Assembly: GCA_951406725.2 (NCBI GenBank)
Contig: OX597819.1
Location: forward strand, 100,068,001 to 100,132,000
Source of the DNA: Octopus vulgaris
Lineage: Eukaryota
Direction of reading: 5' to 3'
Length of the DNA: 64,000 nt
Positions 28,383 to 39,712 of this stretch are shown piece by piece. Below the pieces are notes generated by a model. That model did not search any database, had not been told where the DNA came from, and worked only from the letters and a program-made list of their open reading frames with translations. Positions within the stretch are counted from its first letter, which is position 1; each line of letters begins with the position of its first letter. Made by a program: the position numbers and the translations under genes.

Positions 28383-28439
28383 TGATGACAACTAATGATA
28401 ATTTGTTCTGGTTTAGACACATAGTCAGGCTTATATAGG

Positions 28440-29340
28440 ATGAAAGATTGCAAAGATTAAGCACTGTACAAGCAATTGAAAACCAATGAAACTGAAAATA
28501 GTTGGGTAAAGAAAAGAATACATGGAGAATTTCATAGAAATGTTGAAGATAAGACAGACAGAAAAAAGATGGTTGTGGAGGACTAAAGGTGATTTAAAAC
28601 CCGAAACGGAGGCTCTAATGTGTGCTGTCCTAGAGCAAGCACTAAGAACAAATTACATAAAACACAGAATAAACAATACATTAGAAAGTGATAAGTGCAG
28701 AATCAATGGACAAAATGGTGACACCATATGGCATATTACCAGTCAATGTACGCCTCTAGCGCAGAAGGAATATAAGAGACGCCACGATAATATGGCAAGG
28801 CTTGTCCATTGGACACCTCGTAACAAGTATGGACTTGACAGAGCAAAAACTTGGTACGACCATAAATCCGAACGCATCATCGAAAATGATAAAGCAAAGA
28901 TCCTATAGGATTTGATGATTCAGTGCGAACATGAGATAGAGAGTAGGAAGCCAGACATAGTGTTAATTGAGAAAGAAAGAAAACGATACTGAATCATAGA
29001 TATACTATGCCCAAGGTATGCGATAAGGTGGAAAGAAAAGTCGATATTTATGACAGGTTAACTTGGGATCTTAAGCAGTTTTGGTCGATGAAAAAGGTGG
29101 TAGTAGTATCAATAATTGTCGGAGCCCTTGGAATAGTGAGTAAAAATCTTGAGAAGTACATGGAACAAATATGGGATGCAATAAAGGTGGAGCACTTGCA
29201 GAAAACAGCACTGCTTAGAACTGCTCGAATACTCCGGAAGGTGCTCGAAAAATAATGGGTGTTACCTTAGTTCAGTGGTAATGAACAGCTGACACCGTAA
29301 TACATCTCTAGCGTTAGAAGCTGTGCAAAAGCAACAATAA
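28440..29340 (+). pseudogene. R4/Dong-like LINE 3' part (Zn-knuckle plus restriction-like endonuclease, 3'UTR)
   Basis: Peptides LKPETEALMCA.EQALRTNY, KCRI..DTIWHITSQC, YKRRHDN, RKPDIVLIEK, IIVGALGIVSK and LQKTALLRTARILRKVL. An AAT/GAT-repeat tail follows. Confidence 0.88.
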
Positions 29341-29427
29341 TGATGATGATGATGATAGTAGTGGTGGTGGTGGTTTTGGTGATAATAGTGATGAGGATCA
29401 TGATGGTGATATTGATAATAATATCAT

Positions 29428-30668
29428 AGCCCCGGGCTAAATAACAACATGTACTTACACTAAAAAGCTCTCTCCACAAAAGAAACTTAAACCGAAAACA
29501 TCGGTGCAATGGAATGAAGACTTCTCAATGCAACTATTGGAAAAATTTTGTTAAAGCAAAGGAAAGCAAAAGTCAGAAAAACTTTTGTTATATAATGTGT
29601 AGTTCCTTTCATAAGTACGCGATATCTCAATGCGACATACGCGAGAAGTTGAAACCAGTAGCAGGAACCTTGGGAAAACACTAACGTCACAGTAAGTACG
29701 GAAATTGAATAATTACCTATACATGCAACTTTCCATGCATCCATGTGAACATGTTAGTATTTACAAGCAGCATAAATAATACCTACATGACACACACAGA
29801 AAATAAAAGAAAAACACGTGTCAAGAGCGAAGCTGAACCAAGTAAAAACTAAGCGACTTGCCAATAGCGAATAAAAAAATGAGCAAACTGATTACTCAAT
29901 TTAAAACATAACCAAACAGTTATGCCTGAAAGCATAGCTACAAAAAAAAAAGAGGTAATTTTCGATCTATCAGTCTACGAACTGACAAATGTATCCATTC
30001 GAAGAGCAAGGAATCGATATCATGTCACAAAGTCAACTCTGAAGAAAGAGACCCGTCTCCTATTGTCACCGTCAATACTTTAATGACAAGCCAGAACTCA
30101 TACCGAATTTGCATCGCCCGGGACAACAAATACCGCGTTACCCATTGCGGTAACCAAACTGGGATCTTCAGAAAAATATAAACGATCTAGCAGGTAGCCA
30201 GAACCAGGATAACCCTAAACCTACACAGAGTTGTATTGAAAGCTTTCTATACAGCCCAGCTAAACCCAAACAATAACCTCATTGTATAAACATACATTTC
30301 ATTGAGAAACTTAGCAGGCAACGAAGTACGCAGATAACAGTTTAACTGACACTGAAATTAGCCAAATTAGGATACAAATATCTAATGGTAGACCAAATTA
30401 ACACAGCAACAATGCGGATGAAAGAGGCAACATGTGCAGGGGACCCAGTGTACAAATAGAACATCCCAACGTGGAAGCTGTAGAAAGAATAGCGAGGAAC
30501 AGATATGCAGAAAAAGAGGAGAAAGTAGACCTACCTCAAGAACACCAGAATAGATATGACAGAATTTGAGGTGAATAATAAAGAGAAGATCGTAGAAGCA
30601 AAAGAAAATATGAGAGAACTCAGGAAGACTGACTTTACTGACATGATCAATAGAGAAACGCTACCAAA
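29428..30668 (+). mobile_element. 5' portion of a second degenerate R4/Dong-like LINE (left of the CR1 insertion)
   Basis: Fragments EAFYTAQLNP, LTDTEISQIR and DMINRETLPK are typical of the N-terminal region of RLE-type LINEs. The sequence continues at 34518. The left boundary is uncertain. Confidence 0.55.
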
Positions 30669-30799
30669 GTCCTTCCTCATCTGCCTTTTCGGTCCCGGAG
30701 GTTCCCCAACCTAGTTCGAGGAGCATAGACTCAAACCCACCTGAAGACCGTTGTTCTCCCCAAAAGAAGAAACGTAGTTAAAACTCCAGAGGGGCAGAT

Positions 30800-31552
30800 T
30801 TGGCTATGAAACCTGATCACGATAAAATCTGTTTGGATTCTCCTTCACTTGTCCTTCCCATTAATGCCATTGCTCAACCAATTCTGAACGATCTCGATGT
30901 GGGTTCACCTGGGGAGTGGTGCTCCCCCAAACCGAAGAAGAGGCAGTGCAGTTCCAAACCAGGCGGGAAAATTATGACCACTAAATCCATTCCGATCGAC
31001 CCCACAGGCCGACATAAGTCCGATGGCTATGAAACCACCCTTTCGAAATCCTCCAATGAAGAATCGAATACCGCAGCTCATAGTAGAGAACTTTTTGCCC
31101 ACTCAAGATCGGCAATAATATATGGCAATGCTGAATCCACCTGTGATACAGGCATAAACCGCCTAAAAGATGACATTAATTTTGTTTCCGTTTTGGTTGG
31201 AAAATTGTTCTCTGTGAACGAAAATGTCAGTGTTCTTAAGGTCGCTCGGCTAGGAAGATTCCAAGCGAACCCAACCGCAGATACTAGACCACGCCCAATA
31301 ATGGTAATCTTTTCTTCTGATCGGGAGTCTTCAGTCTTTCTGAACAGAGCTCAGACGCATGCCTGGGAGGACCCCAATATGGGTTTTCGCGAGGAATACT
31401 CACTAAGAGAGAGAATTCGCCGGAGGAACCTGATATCCGAGATAAAGATGAGGAAACAAATGGGAGAGAAGGGTTTACGAATCCAAGATGGACAGATAAT
31501 CAAGTCCTACCTCTGGTCCCATGCTGTAGTGCTCACAGGGAAAGTGATGTGA
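30800..31552 (+). CDS. LINE ORF1 protein, C-terminal part
   Basis: Motifs SAIIYGNAES, VARLGRF, RPRPIMVIF and FREEYSLRERIRRRNL match CR1/L2-type ORF1 C-termini. The frame stays open upstream to ~30671 except for one TAA at 30779. Confidence 0.8.
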   Translation: MAMKPDHDKICLDSPSLVLPINAIAQPILNDLDVGSPGEWCSPKPKKRQCSSKPGGKIMTTKSIPIDPTGRHKSDGYETTLSKSSNEESNTAAHSRELFAHSRSAIIYGNAESTCDTGINRLKDDINFVSVLVGKLFSVNENVSVLKVARLGRFQANPTADTRPRPIMVIFSSDRESSVFLNRAQTHAWEDPNMGFREEYSLRERIRRRNLISEIKMRKQMGEKGLRIQDGQIIKSYLWSHAVVLTGKVM

Positions 31553-32658
31553 GGGCAAATCGAAGTGAAGTTGATACCCCCGTCAACGATGCTATCTCTG
31601 ATGCCCTTTATTCTGCTTGTTCCCCAACTCCCGCCCCTCAGACTTCACAGCTCAGCATCGTCTACACCAACTCGTGCTCCTTATTCCCAAAGTTCAGTGA
31701 ACTATTTACACTGGCCCTACGCGACTCCCCTGATGTGATAGCTATCACCGAGACTTGGCTGACTCCAACAGTAAAGGACTCAGAGATCCACTTGCAGGGC
31801 TACGTCCTTTTCAGATGTGACAGAGGAAAACGGCGAGGTGGAGGTGTTGCTGTGTATGTTAAGTCTGAGCACAAACCGTCCTGCGGTATTCTACCCACAA
31901 ATGCTCAACCTACAACCAAATTCGATGCCGTCTATTGCAAGCTGAGCCTATCTGAGTTTTGCCTGCCCGTGTTGGCTGTCTACAGGCCGCCTCTAGCCGA
32001 CCCCCAGGACGATGCTCATCTACTCGAAGCGATAAGATTCGTTTCAGCTTCGCATGACTGCTTGGTACTAGGCGACTTCAACGCTCCCACGATCGATTGG
32101 CCCGCATCAATTTGTACAACATCTTCCCGGTTCGGCCAGGCCCTTCTTGACGTGGCTGAAGATTGTTTTCTATCGCAACATGTTGAATATCCGACAAGGC
32201 ATCGGTCTGGGCAGCAGCCATCTATGCTAGATCTGGTATTCTCCCGCTATCCAAGATCAGTGTCAGACGTATCTGTGTGCGCCCCTCTTGCCAAGAGTGA
32301 TCATGCGGTCCTGAAGTTCGTCATGCACACAACTTTTTCCACGCCCACGATTACTTCGCTGCCACGTAGAGTCTTCTCTGCAATTAATCTTGAAATTCTA
32401 ATCGAGGCTTCCGCGCTTCTGGACTGGCGTTCCCTGATGACGTTGTCCTCAGTTGACGAACTATGGTCATCCCTCAAAGCATATGTAATCTGTTTGACTG
32501 ACCAGGCAGTTCCCGTTGGACTTCCCAAGAGGAAGAAGGTTAAACGAAGAAGGTTAAACGAGAACGTCGACTCAGAGATATTGCTTGGGCTGAATTCAAA
32601 AATCTGGATTCGACTGCAGCTTTTGAGGTGTACAAAACTCAACGAGACCGAGCCGTGA
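31549..32658 (+). CDS. LINE ORF2 N-terminal apurinic-like endonuclease (frameshifted near 32546)
   Basis: Motifs YTNSCSL, IAITETWL, GGGVAVYV, VYRPP, LGDFNAP, LDLVF and SDH. Confidence 0.92.
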   Translation: MRANRSEVDTPVNDAISDALYSACSPTPAPQTSQLSIVYTNSCSLFPKFSELFTLALRDSPDVIAITETWLTPTVKDSEIHLQGYVLFRCDRGKRRGGGVAVYVKSEHKPSCGILPTNAQPTTKFDAVYCKLSLSEFCLPVLAVYRPPLADPQDDAHLLEAIRFVSASHDCLVLGDFNAPTIDWPASICTTSSRFGQALLDVAEDCFLSQHVEYPTRHRSGQQPSMLDLVFSRYPRSVSDVSVCAPLAKSDHAVLKFVMHTTFSTPTITSLPRRVFSAINLEILIEASALLDWRSLMTLSSVDELWSSLKAYVICLTDQAVPVGLPKRKKVKRRRLNENVDSEILLGLNSKIWIRLQLLRCTKLNETEP

Positions 32659-34427
32659 AAATTGAAAAGAAAGAACGCTTCAGTTATGAATACAAAATCG
32701 CAGCAAATGCCAGTAGCAATCCAAAAACCTTCTTTGCCCATGTCCAGCGGAATTCCCGCTTGAACAACCAGATTGCAACGTTGGTAGGCTCAACAGGCGT
32801 ATCGATTGAGGACCCTTATAAACAGAGTCAATTATTTGCCGAGGCTTTTTCAACTATTTTCAAACAAGATGATGGTCGTGAACCCCCTCCATTTGATAGA
32901 TCGGTACCTCCAATGCTTCGATTGATCATCACGCGGGACCAAGTCAAACGTGTTATTCAAGGCCTCGATGTCAACAAGGGTCACGGCCCTGACGGCATAC
33001 ACCCACGGGTTATCAAAGCGTTGGCTCCGGTCATCTGCGAGCCCTTAACACGACTATTCAATATGTCATTGGCGACGGGTGTTATACCTGCAGACTGGAG
33101 AACAGCGATAATCTGCCCAATTTTCAAGAAAGGGAGCCGCGAAGACCCGCTTAACTACCGACCGGTTTCCCTTACATCAATAATCAGCAAGATGTTCGAA
33201 ACCATCCTTAAGAAAAGTATGATGCTCCACCTCCTAAACACAGCCTCGATCACTGATTCCCAACACGGCTTCGTGCCGAAGAGATCATGCTTGACCAACT
33301 TACTAGTAATGGAAGAATTGGTGACGCGCATCCTCGAGGATAGTGATGCTGTTGACATCGTTTTATTGGACTTTGCCAAAGCTTTTGACTCGGTAAACCA
33401 CCGCCTACTACTTGTCAAGCTTCAAACATATAGTTTCCATCCGGATATTGTACGATGGGTTGGTGCCTTCCTCTCAGATCGCTCCTTCCAAGTTCAAGTT
33501 AATGGTTCGCGGTCCGACGTCTCCAGTGCGAGCAGTGGCGTGCCTCAAGGTTCAGTGCTTGGGCCCTTGTTGTTCTTAGTCTTCATAAATGACTTGCCCG
33601 ACGACCTCACGCAACACACCCTTCTATTTGCCGACGATATCAAACTGGTCGCTCCTCGCGGTAGTATAGAGGATCTTCGTCGATGCCTCCACCAAATTTG
33701 GAAGTGGTCTAACGATTGGGACCTGTGTCTGAACGTGTCAAAGTGCTGTCATCTGACTGTCGGCTCTACTCCTGCAACTCAACTTGATTTCGAGCCGGGT
33801 CGTCTGCTGCTGGAGAGGACCGATCAGGTAAAGGACCTGGGTATCTTGGTGGATTCCTCCTTTTCGCCTTCGGCCCAGTGCGTCCATGCTGCCAACAAAG
33901 CGCGCGGAATTCTGTTTTTGATTCGACGGTCATTCGGAATGCTCACAGCAGCCATATTCCTGCCACTCTATGTCACGCTGGTGAGACCCATATTGGAATA
34001 TGGGATTCAAGCCTCTTCTCCTTATCTCTTCAAAGACATACAGCACCTCGAAAGAGTCCAGAGGCTGGCTACCCGCATGGTTCATGGTCTCAAAAATTTG
34101 TCCTACGAAGAAAGGCTGAGGACGCTCGACCTTTGTTCTCTTGAAAAACGCCGCCGCCGTGGTGATCACATTCTCGCCCACAACATCATAAGCGGGAAGT
34201 GTAGCCTCTCGAAAGAGCTGTTCTTCACTCCTGCTCCGGAGCGTCGGCTGCGGGGTCATTCCGAAAAGCTCTACCTGCGACGATTTCATCTCAATCGAAG
34301 GAGAGGAGCTTTCTCCATCCGGGTTGCGGATCCGTGGAACAAGCTGCCAGACGAGATGGTGAAGATGCCGACGACCGCTTTGTTCAAAGCCTCCTTGGAC
34401 CTCAAGTGGCCTGAACTCTTTACATGA
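32560..34427 (+). CDS. LINE ORF2 reverse transcriptase and C-terminal domain
   Basis: Motifs GPDGI, PIFKKG, NYRPVSLTS, QHGF, DFAKAFDSV, GVPQGSVLGPLLF, LFADD, KDLGI, LERVQR, LRGH and WNKLP. No stops. Confidence 0.95.
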
Positions 34428-34519
34428 ACACCACCCTGTACTTAACTCCATGTCCCCCTACATGGCCTTGCTATTTGCTTTTGAGCCAAATTAACTAACT
34501 AACTAACTAACTAACTAAC

Positions 34520-35025
34520 CAAAAACAGCATTAAAAAAAACAAGATAATCATGACATGTATTGTTGCTCTTAGACAGGTCTTAAGAAATAAGGGAAATTA
34601 CCTAACAACTTTAAGCAACCTCATCTATTCTACTGTTAAAGTGGTAACTGTTCAACTAGGTTTCATGGCGACACGGAAAAGGACAAACCATGTCAATAGG
34701 CCTCCTAATTGGAAAGAACCAATACAAAAAGAGATCGAATTTTTGCGGGCGGATGAACAGACTAGAGGGGTAAGTATTAAAATGAAACAAACTAGAAAAA
34801 TCAAGCAAAAATATATAATCAAAGATTTTATAAACCTCCCTGCATCCAAGGAACTAGTGAAACAGCGAATAAAGCTGAGAGCCCAACTGCTTTGAAGGTA
34901 TGTTAAAAGAATCAAATTTTATCGACAAAACAAGGTAAATTGGCAAAAGTAAGATAGAAGTAAAGGAACCACCTAAGACTGCGGAAATGAAAGAGTTCTG
35001 GAATAAGATATGGAGCAGCAAAACA
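34520..35025 (+). pseudogene. continuation of the R4/Dong-like LINE N-terminal region after the CR1 insertion
   Basis: LSNLIYSTVKVV, RPPNWKEPIQKEIEFLRAD, KQRIKLRAQLL*RYVKRIKFYRQNK and EMKEFWNKIW. Confidence 0.7.
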
Positions 35026-35042
35026 CATGGACACAAATACAC

Positions 35043-35295
35043 GGCGAACTTCTTTCAGTTTCCGTCTAACAAATCCACTCACAAGGAATTGGTCGGCCCG
35101 TGGCTATAGTAGAAAACACTTGCCCAAGATGCCATGCAGTGGGACTGAACCCGGAGCGACGAGGTTGGGAAGCAAGCTTCTTACCACCCAGCCATGAAGT
35201 ATAAATCATAAGTACTGGGGTCGATTCATTCGACTCAAATTTCTCCACGCGGTACTACAGCATGACCGCAGTCTGATGACTGTAATAAGCGATAA
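35043..35295. mobile_element. family-2 SINE pieces (minus-strand head, then plus-strand tail)
   Basis: TTCTTTCAGTTTCCGTCT..GCAGTGGGACTGAACCCGGA followed by CAGCATGACCGCAGTCTGATGACTG. Confidence 0.7.
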
Positions 35296-36572
35296 ACAAC
35301 ACACACACACACACACACATGCACACACATAAATACTTACACACACTCGCATGCATTCATAGATATATGCATACATACATAGTACGTACATACATAGTAC
35401 GTACATACATACATACATACATAAATACATATACATACACTCATACATACATACACACATACATATATACATACACACATACATACATACATACGTACGT
35501 ACTTACGTACATACATACATACACACACACACATACATACATACATACATACATACATACATACATACATACATACATACATACACACACACATACATAC
35601 ATACATATATACATACATGTTTAGGGAGAGTAGAAAGAAAACACGGTGAAGATAGTATTGCTTACGGTGTAAAGCAGGTTGACTATAAAAATAACTTAAT
35701 TTGCATGAGACAAAGAGAGAATGTCAATGAACTATCGTAGCGACAACAACAACAGCAATAACAACGACAACATCGTCAAAATCCTCGATAGCAGTAGCAA
35801 CAGCAGCAGCAGCTACGACAACAACACAAGCATCAAAAACATTATTGATTGTTTTTTAGAGGAGTAAACAGAAAGAGAAAAAATTATTACTATATTAAAT
35901 AATCGTCATGTGATATGGCTGTAGCTGTATTTGACGTGTAAAATGGGTAGGACAAGAAAGGAAGACTTGAAAACATCTTTGAGAAAGATAGAAATTTATC
36001 ATAGAGGAAATGATGGAAATGTTAAGTGTGAACTGCAGGACTAATTGAGACATTGTTTTTTAGAACTTGTTGCTATACACTTTATGGTTGGCGTGATTGC
36101 AGTAGAGATATGAAGAAACGTACCGTCGTTACGGTGAATTACACTGTTGACGAATTCTTGATCAATAGAAGAAAACTCCCGTTATCTGAAGAAGGAAAAT
36201 AAGACCAACAAGAATAATAATTATGAATTCTTTATTTACCTCAAAATGTCAGAAATACAATATCACTGATATACACACCACATACAACTATTTTGCTATG
36301 TTCGCACGCGTACAAGCACGCACGGAAACACACACACACATACATACATACATACATACATTCATACATACATACATACACACAGACATACATACATGCA
36401 TGCATGCATACATACATACATACATACATACATACATACATACATACATACATACATACATACATACATACATACATACATACATAGGCACGGGCGGAAG
36501 GACGTACATAATGGTTTCTAGATGAAACACAACGCCATCAATTCCGAGAAAAAGAATGAGTTGCTTACACTG

Positions 36573-36757
36573 AACCTAGCATTTGATAGGTACTTTATTT
36601 TATCGACCCTATAGAAATGAAAGGTATTGCTGACCTTGGTGTGATACGAATTCAATATTAAAAATGCGGAACAATCACCGCAAGATATTTTGTCCAACGC
36701 TCTAATGATTCTCCTAGTCCACCGCCCTGTGCATACGTACATAATGTGAACATACGA

Positions 36758-36837
<80 letters not shown>

Positions 36838-37024
36838 TGCTCATATGTTCACATTATGTATGTATGCACAGGGCGGCGGACTAGGAGAATCATTAGAGCG
36901 TTGGACAAAAATCTTGCGGTGATTGTTCCGCATTTTTACATATTGAATTCGTATCACACCAAGGTCAGCAATACCTTTCATTTCTATAGGTCGATAAAAT
37001 AAAGTACCTATCAAATGTTAGGTT
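36573..37024. repeat. ~450-bp fold-back palindrome (duplicated degenerate SINE plus flank) centred on (TA)n
   Basis: 36573-36760 is the reverse complement of ~36838-37024, with about 7 differences counted by eye. Confidence 0.95.
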
Positions 37025-37076
37025 TATAATCCAGAAACATGATGTTCACAGATAACCGCCAGACTCCCTTTTTCTT

Positions 37077-37234
<158 letters not shown>

Positions 37235-37263
37235 ATATAAGAAAAAGGGAGTCTGGCGGTTAT

Positions 37264-37374
37264 CTGTGAACATCATGTTTCTGGATTATAAACATATTGA
37301 ATATATATTCCATATATTTTTGATATATATTTCATATATATTGCATATATATTTCACATCCTTCTTCAGCACAG
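37264..37374 (-). ncRNA. type I hammerhead ribozyme-like motif, copy 1
   Basis: Reverse complement of 38076-38186. Confidence 0.55.
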
Positions 37375-38075
37375 CTTTCCATTGAAAAAAATTTATCATA
37401 GATTTATCAAATGCTACGTACCTCAAACCTTCTGACCATGCGACATCAAAATATTTGAAGAAAGTGAGCAAAGGCTAAACCTACATAGACGTTTGAATTC
37501 ATAAATCTTCCCTCCAAAATTTTGCCATGCGCATTACAGTTAGGTTGTCAAAGGGAGTGAAAAATCCAAATAGTAATATAATGATAAGAGTAAATAATTT
37601 CTATAAAGGCTTTTAAAAAAACACCAATTATTTACTGGTAGAATTCGGTATGTAAATATAGCCGATTACCGGCAGGAACTTCTGTAAAGTTCAGTATATA
37701 TATTGTATATAAGAAAAAGGGACAGGCAAAACAGGTTGCTTGACCGCATACCGAAAAAATAGAAATAGCAGTCAAGAATGCTTATTTCTATCAAAGTTGG
37801 ACTCCGGGCATGACAGACCCTGTAATTCACATATGCAAAACAGAAGGAATAGATAACGAATACTATCATTATATTACTATTTGGATTTTTCACTCCCTTT
37901 GACAACCTAACTGTAATGCGCATGGCAAAATTTTGGAGGGAAGATTTATGAATTCAAACGTCTATGTAGGTTTAGCCTTTGCTCACTTTCTTCAAATATT
38001 TTGATGTCGCATGGTCAGAAGGTTTGAGGTACGTAGCATTTGATAAATCTATGATAAATCTTTTTCAATGGAAAG

Positions 38076-38186
38076 CTGTGCTGAAGAAGGATGTGAAATA
38101 TATATGCAATATATATGAAATATATATCAAAAATATATGGAATATATATTCAATATGTTTATAATCCAGAAACATGATGTTCACAG
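38076..38186 (+). ncRNA. type I hammerhead ribozyme-like motif, copy 2
   Basis: Reads CTGTG | CTGAAGA | A GGAT..~70 nt..ATCC A | GAAA C ATGAT GTT | CACAG. Stem I is CTGTG/CACAG, the core is CUGANGA...GAAA, stem III is ACA/TGT and the cleavage triplet is GUU. Confidence 0.55.
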
Positions 38187-38483
38187 ATAACCGCCAGACT
38201 TCGTATTCGTTATCTATTCCTTCTGTTTTGCATATGTGAATTACAGGGTCTGTCATGCCCGGAGTCCAACTTTGATAGAAATAAGCATTCTTGACTGCTA
38301 TTTCTATTTTTTCGGTATGCGGTCAAGCAACCTGTTTTGCCTGTCCCTTTTTCTTATATACAATATATATACTGAACTTTACAGAAGTTCCTGCCGGTAA
38401 TCGGCTATATTTACATACCGAATTCTACCAGTAAATAATTGGTGTTTTTTTAAAAGCCTTTATAGAAATTATTTACTCTTATC

Positions 38484-38534
<51 letters not shown>

Positions 38535-38929
38535 GATAAGAGTAAATAATTTCTATAAAGGCTTTTAAAAAAACCCCAATTATTTACTGGTAGAATTCGG
38601 TATGTAAATATCGGTATTTATTTACATACCGAATTCTACCAGTAAATAACTGGGTTTTTTTTAAAAGCCTTTATAGAAATTATTTACTCTTATTATTATA
38701 TTACTATTTGGATTTTTCACTCCATTATGACAACCCAATAGTTCCCAATCTTATGGAACTATTTTTGTAGTGCGCATGGCAAAATTTTGGAGGGAAGATT
38801 TACGAATTCAAACGTCTATGTAGGTTTAGCTTTTGCTCACTTTCTTCAAATATTTTGATGTCGCATGGTCAGAAGGTTTGAGGTACGTAGCATTTGATAA
38901 ATCTATGATAAATCTTTTTCAATGGAAAG

Positions 38930-39042
38930 CTGTGCTGAAGAAGGATGTGAAATATATATGCAATGTATATGAAATATATATCAAAAATATATATGAAATA
39001 TATATTCAATATGTTTATAATCCAGAAACATGATGTTCACAG
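38930..39042 (+). ncRNA. type I hammerhead ribozyme-like motif, copy 3
   Basis: Core and stems match copy 2. Differences are confined to the AU-rich stem II loop. Confidence 0.55.
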
Positions 39043-39207
39043 ATAACCACCAGACTTCGTTTTCGTTATCTATTCCTTCTGTTTTGCATATGTGAATTAC
39101 AGGGTTTGTCGTGCCTGGAGTCCAACTTTGATAGAAATAAGCATTCTTGACTGCTATTTCTATTTTTTCGGTATGCGGTCAAGCAACCTGTTTGCCTGTC
39201 CCTTTTT

Positions 39208-39292
<85 letters not shown>

Positions 39293-39391
39293 CTATATAC
39301 ACACACAGACGTATACACTCACAGATATGCACCTAAATATCGCATTAAGGAAATGTACAAGACAGGGTGGTCTTCTCACTCCTGTGATATT

Positions 39392-39429
<38 letters not shown>

Positions 39430-39712
39430 AGTGTGTGTGTGGCTATGGTTACATTGCTACACAAAATGTGGAAACAGGAGCTGAGAGTTACTATAAGATT
39501 TCGAATCGGCGGAAACCTTTTTAACATGGATAATCTGACTGTCAGCACTAAATCCGGATATGAAGAGATCATTGAAAAGCCTTAATTCACAATCCTGAAG
39601 CCCTATAAGCAGCCTTCTAAGTAGCTGTTACAATTTTTTTAAAAAATGGACCTAACACGCCAGAGAATTGAAGTGATCTGCCACATTCTCTCATCAATAT
39701 TTTCACGGTACA

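Larger units (their letters stand above)
30669..34519 (+). mobile_element. young CR1-clade LINE, 5'-truncated within ORF1, (TAAC)n tail
   Basis: ORF1 plus an APE-RT ORF2. A 3'UTR hairpin CCATGT-CCCCCT-ACATGG lies at 34448-34465 and (TAAC)n at 34492-34519. ACCAAA occurs at both junctions (30663-30668, 34518-34523). Confidence 0.95.

Noticed and set aside
32301-34451. Antisense ORFs within the CR1 LINE
   Set aside because: They are shadow frames of the RT coding strand.
34492-34519. (TAAC)n as telomeric repeat
   Set aside because: It directly follows the LINE 3'UTR hairpin, as expected for a CR1 tail, and is not a TTAGGG-type repeat.
37286-39033. Three copies of a 61-66 aa ORF MLTFFKYFDVAWSEG...
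   Set aside because: TTG start and no recognisable motif. It recurs only because the unit is repeated, and it overlaps the hammerhead-like fold.
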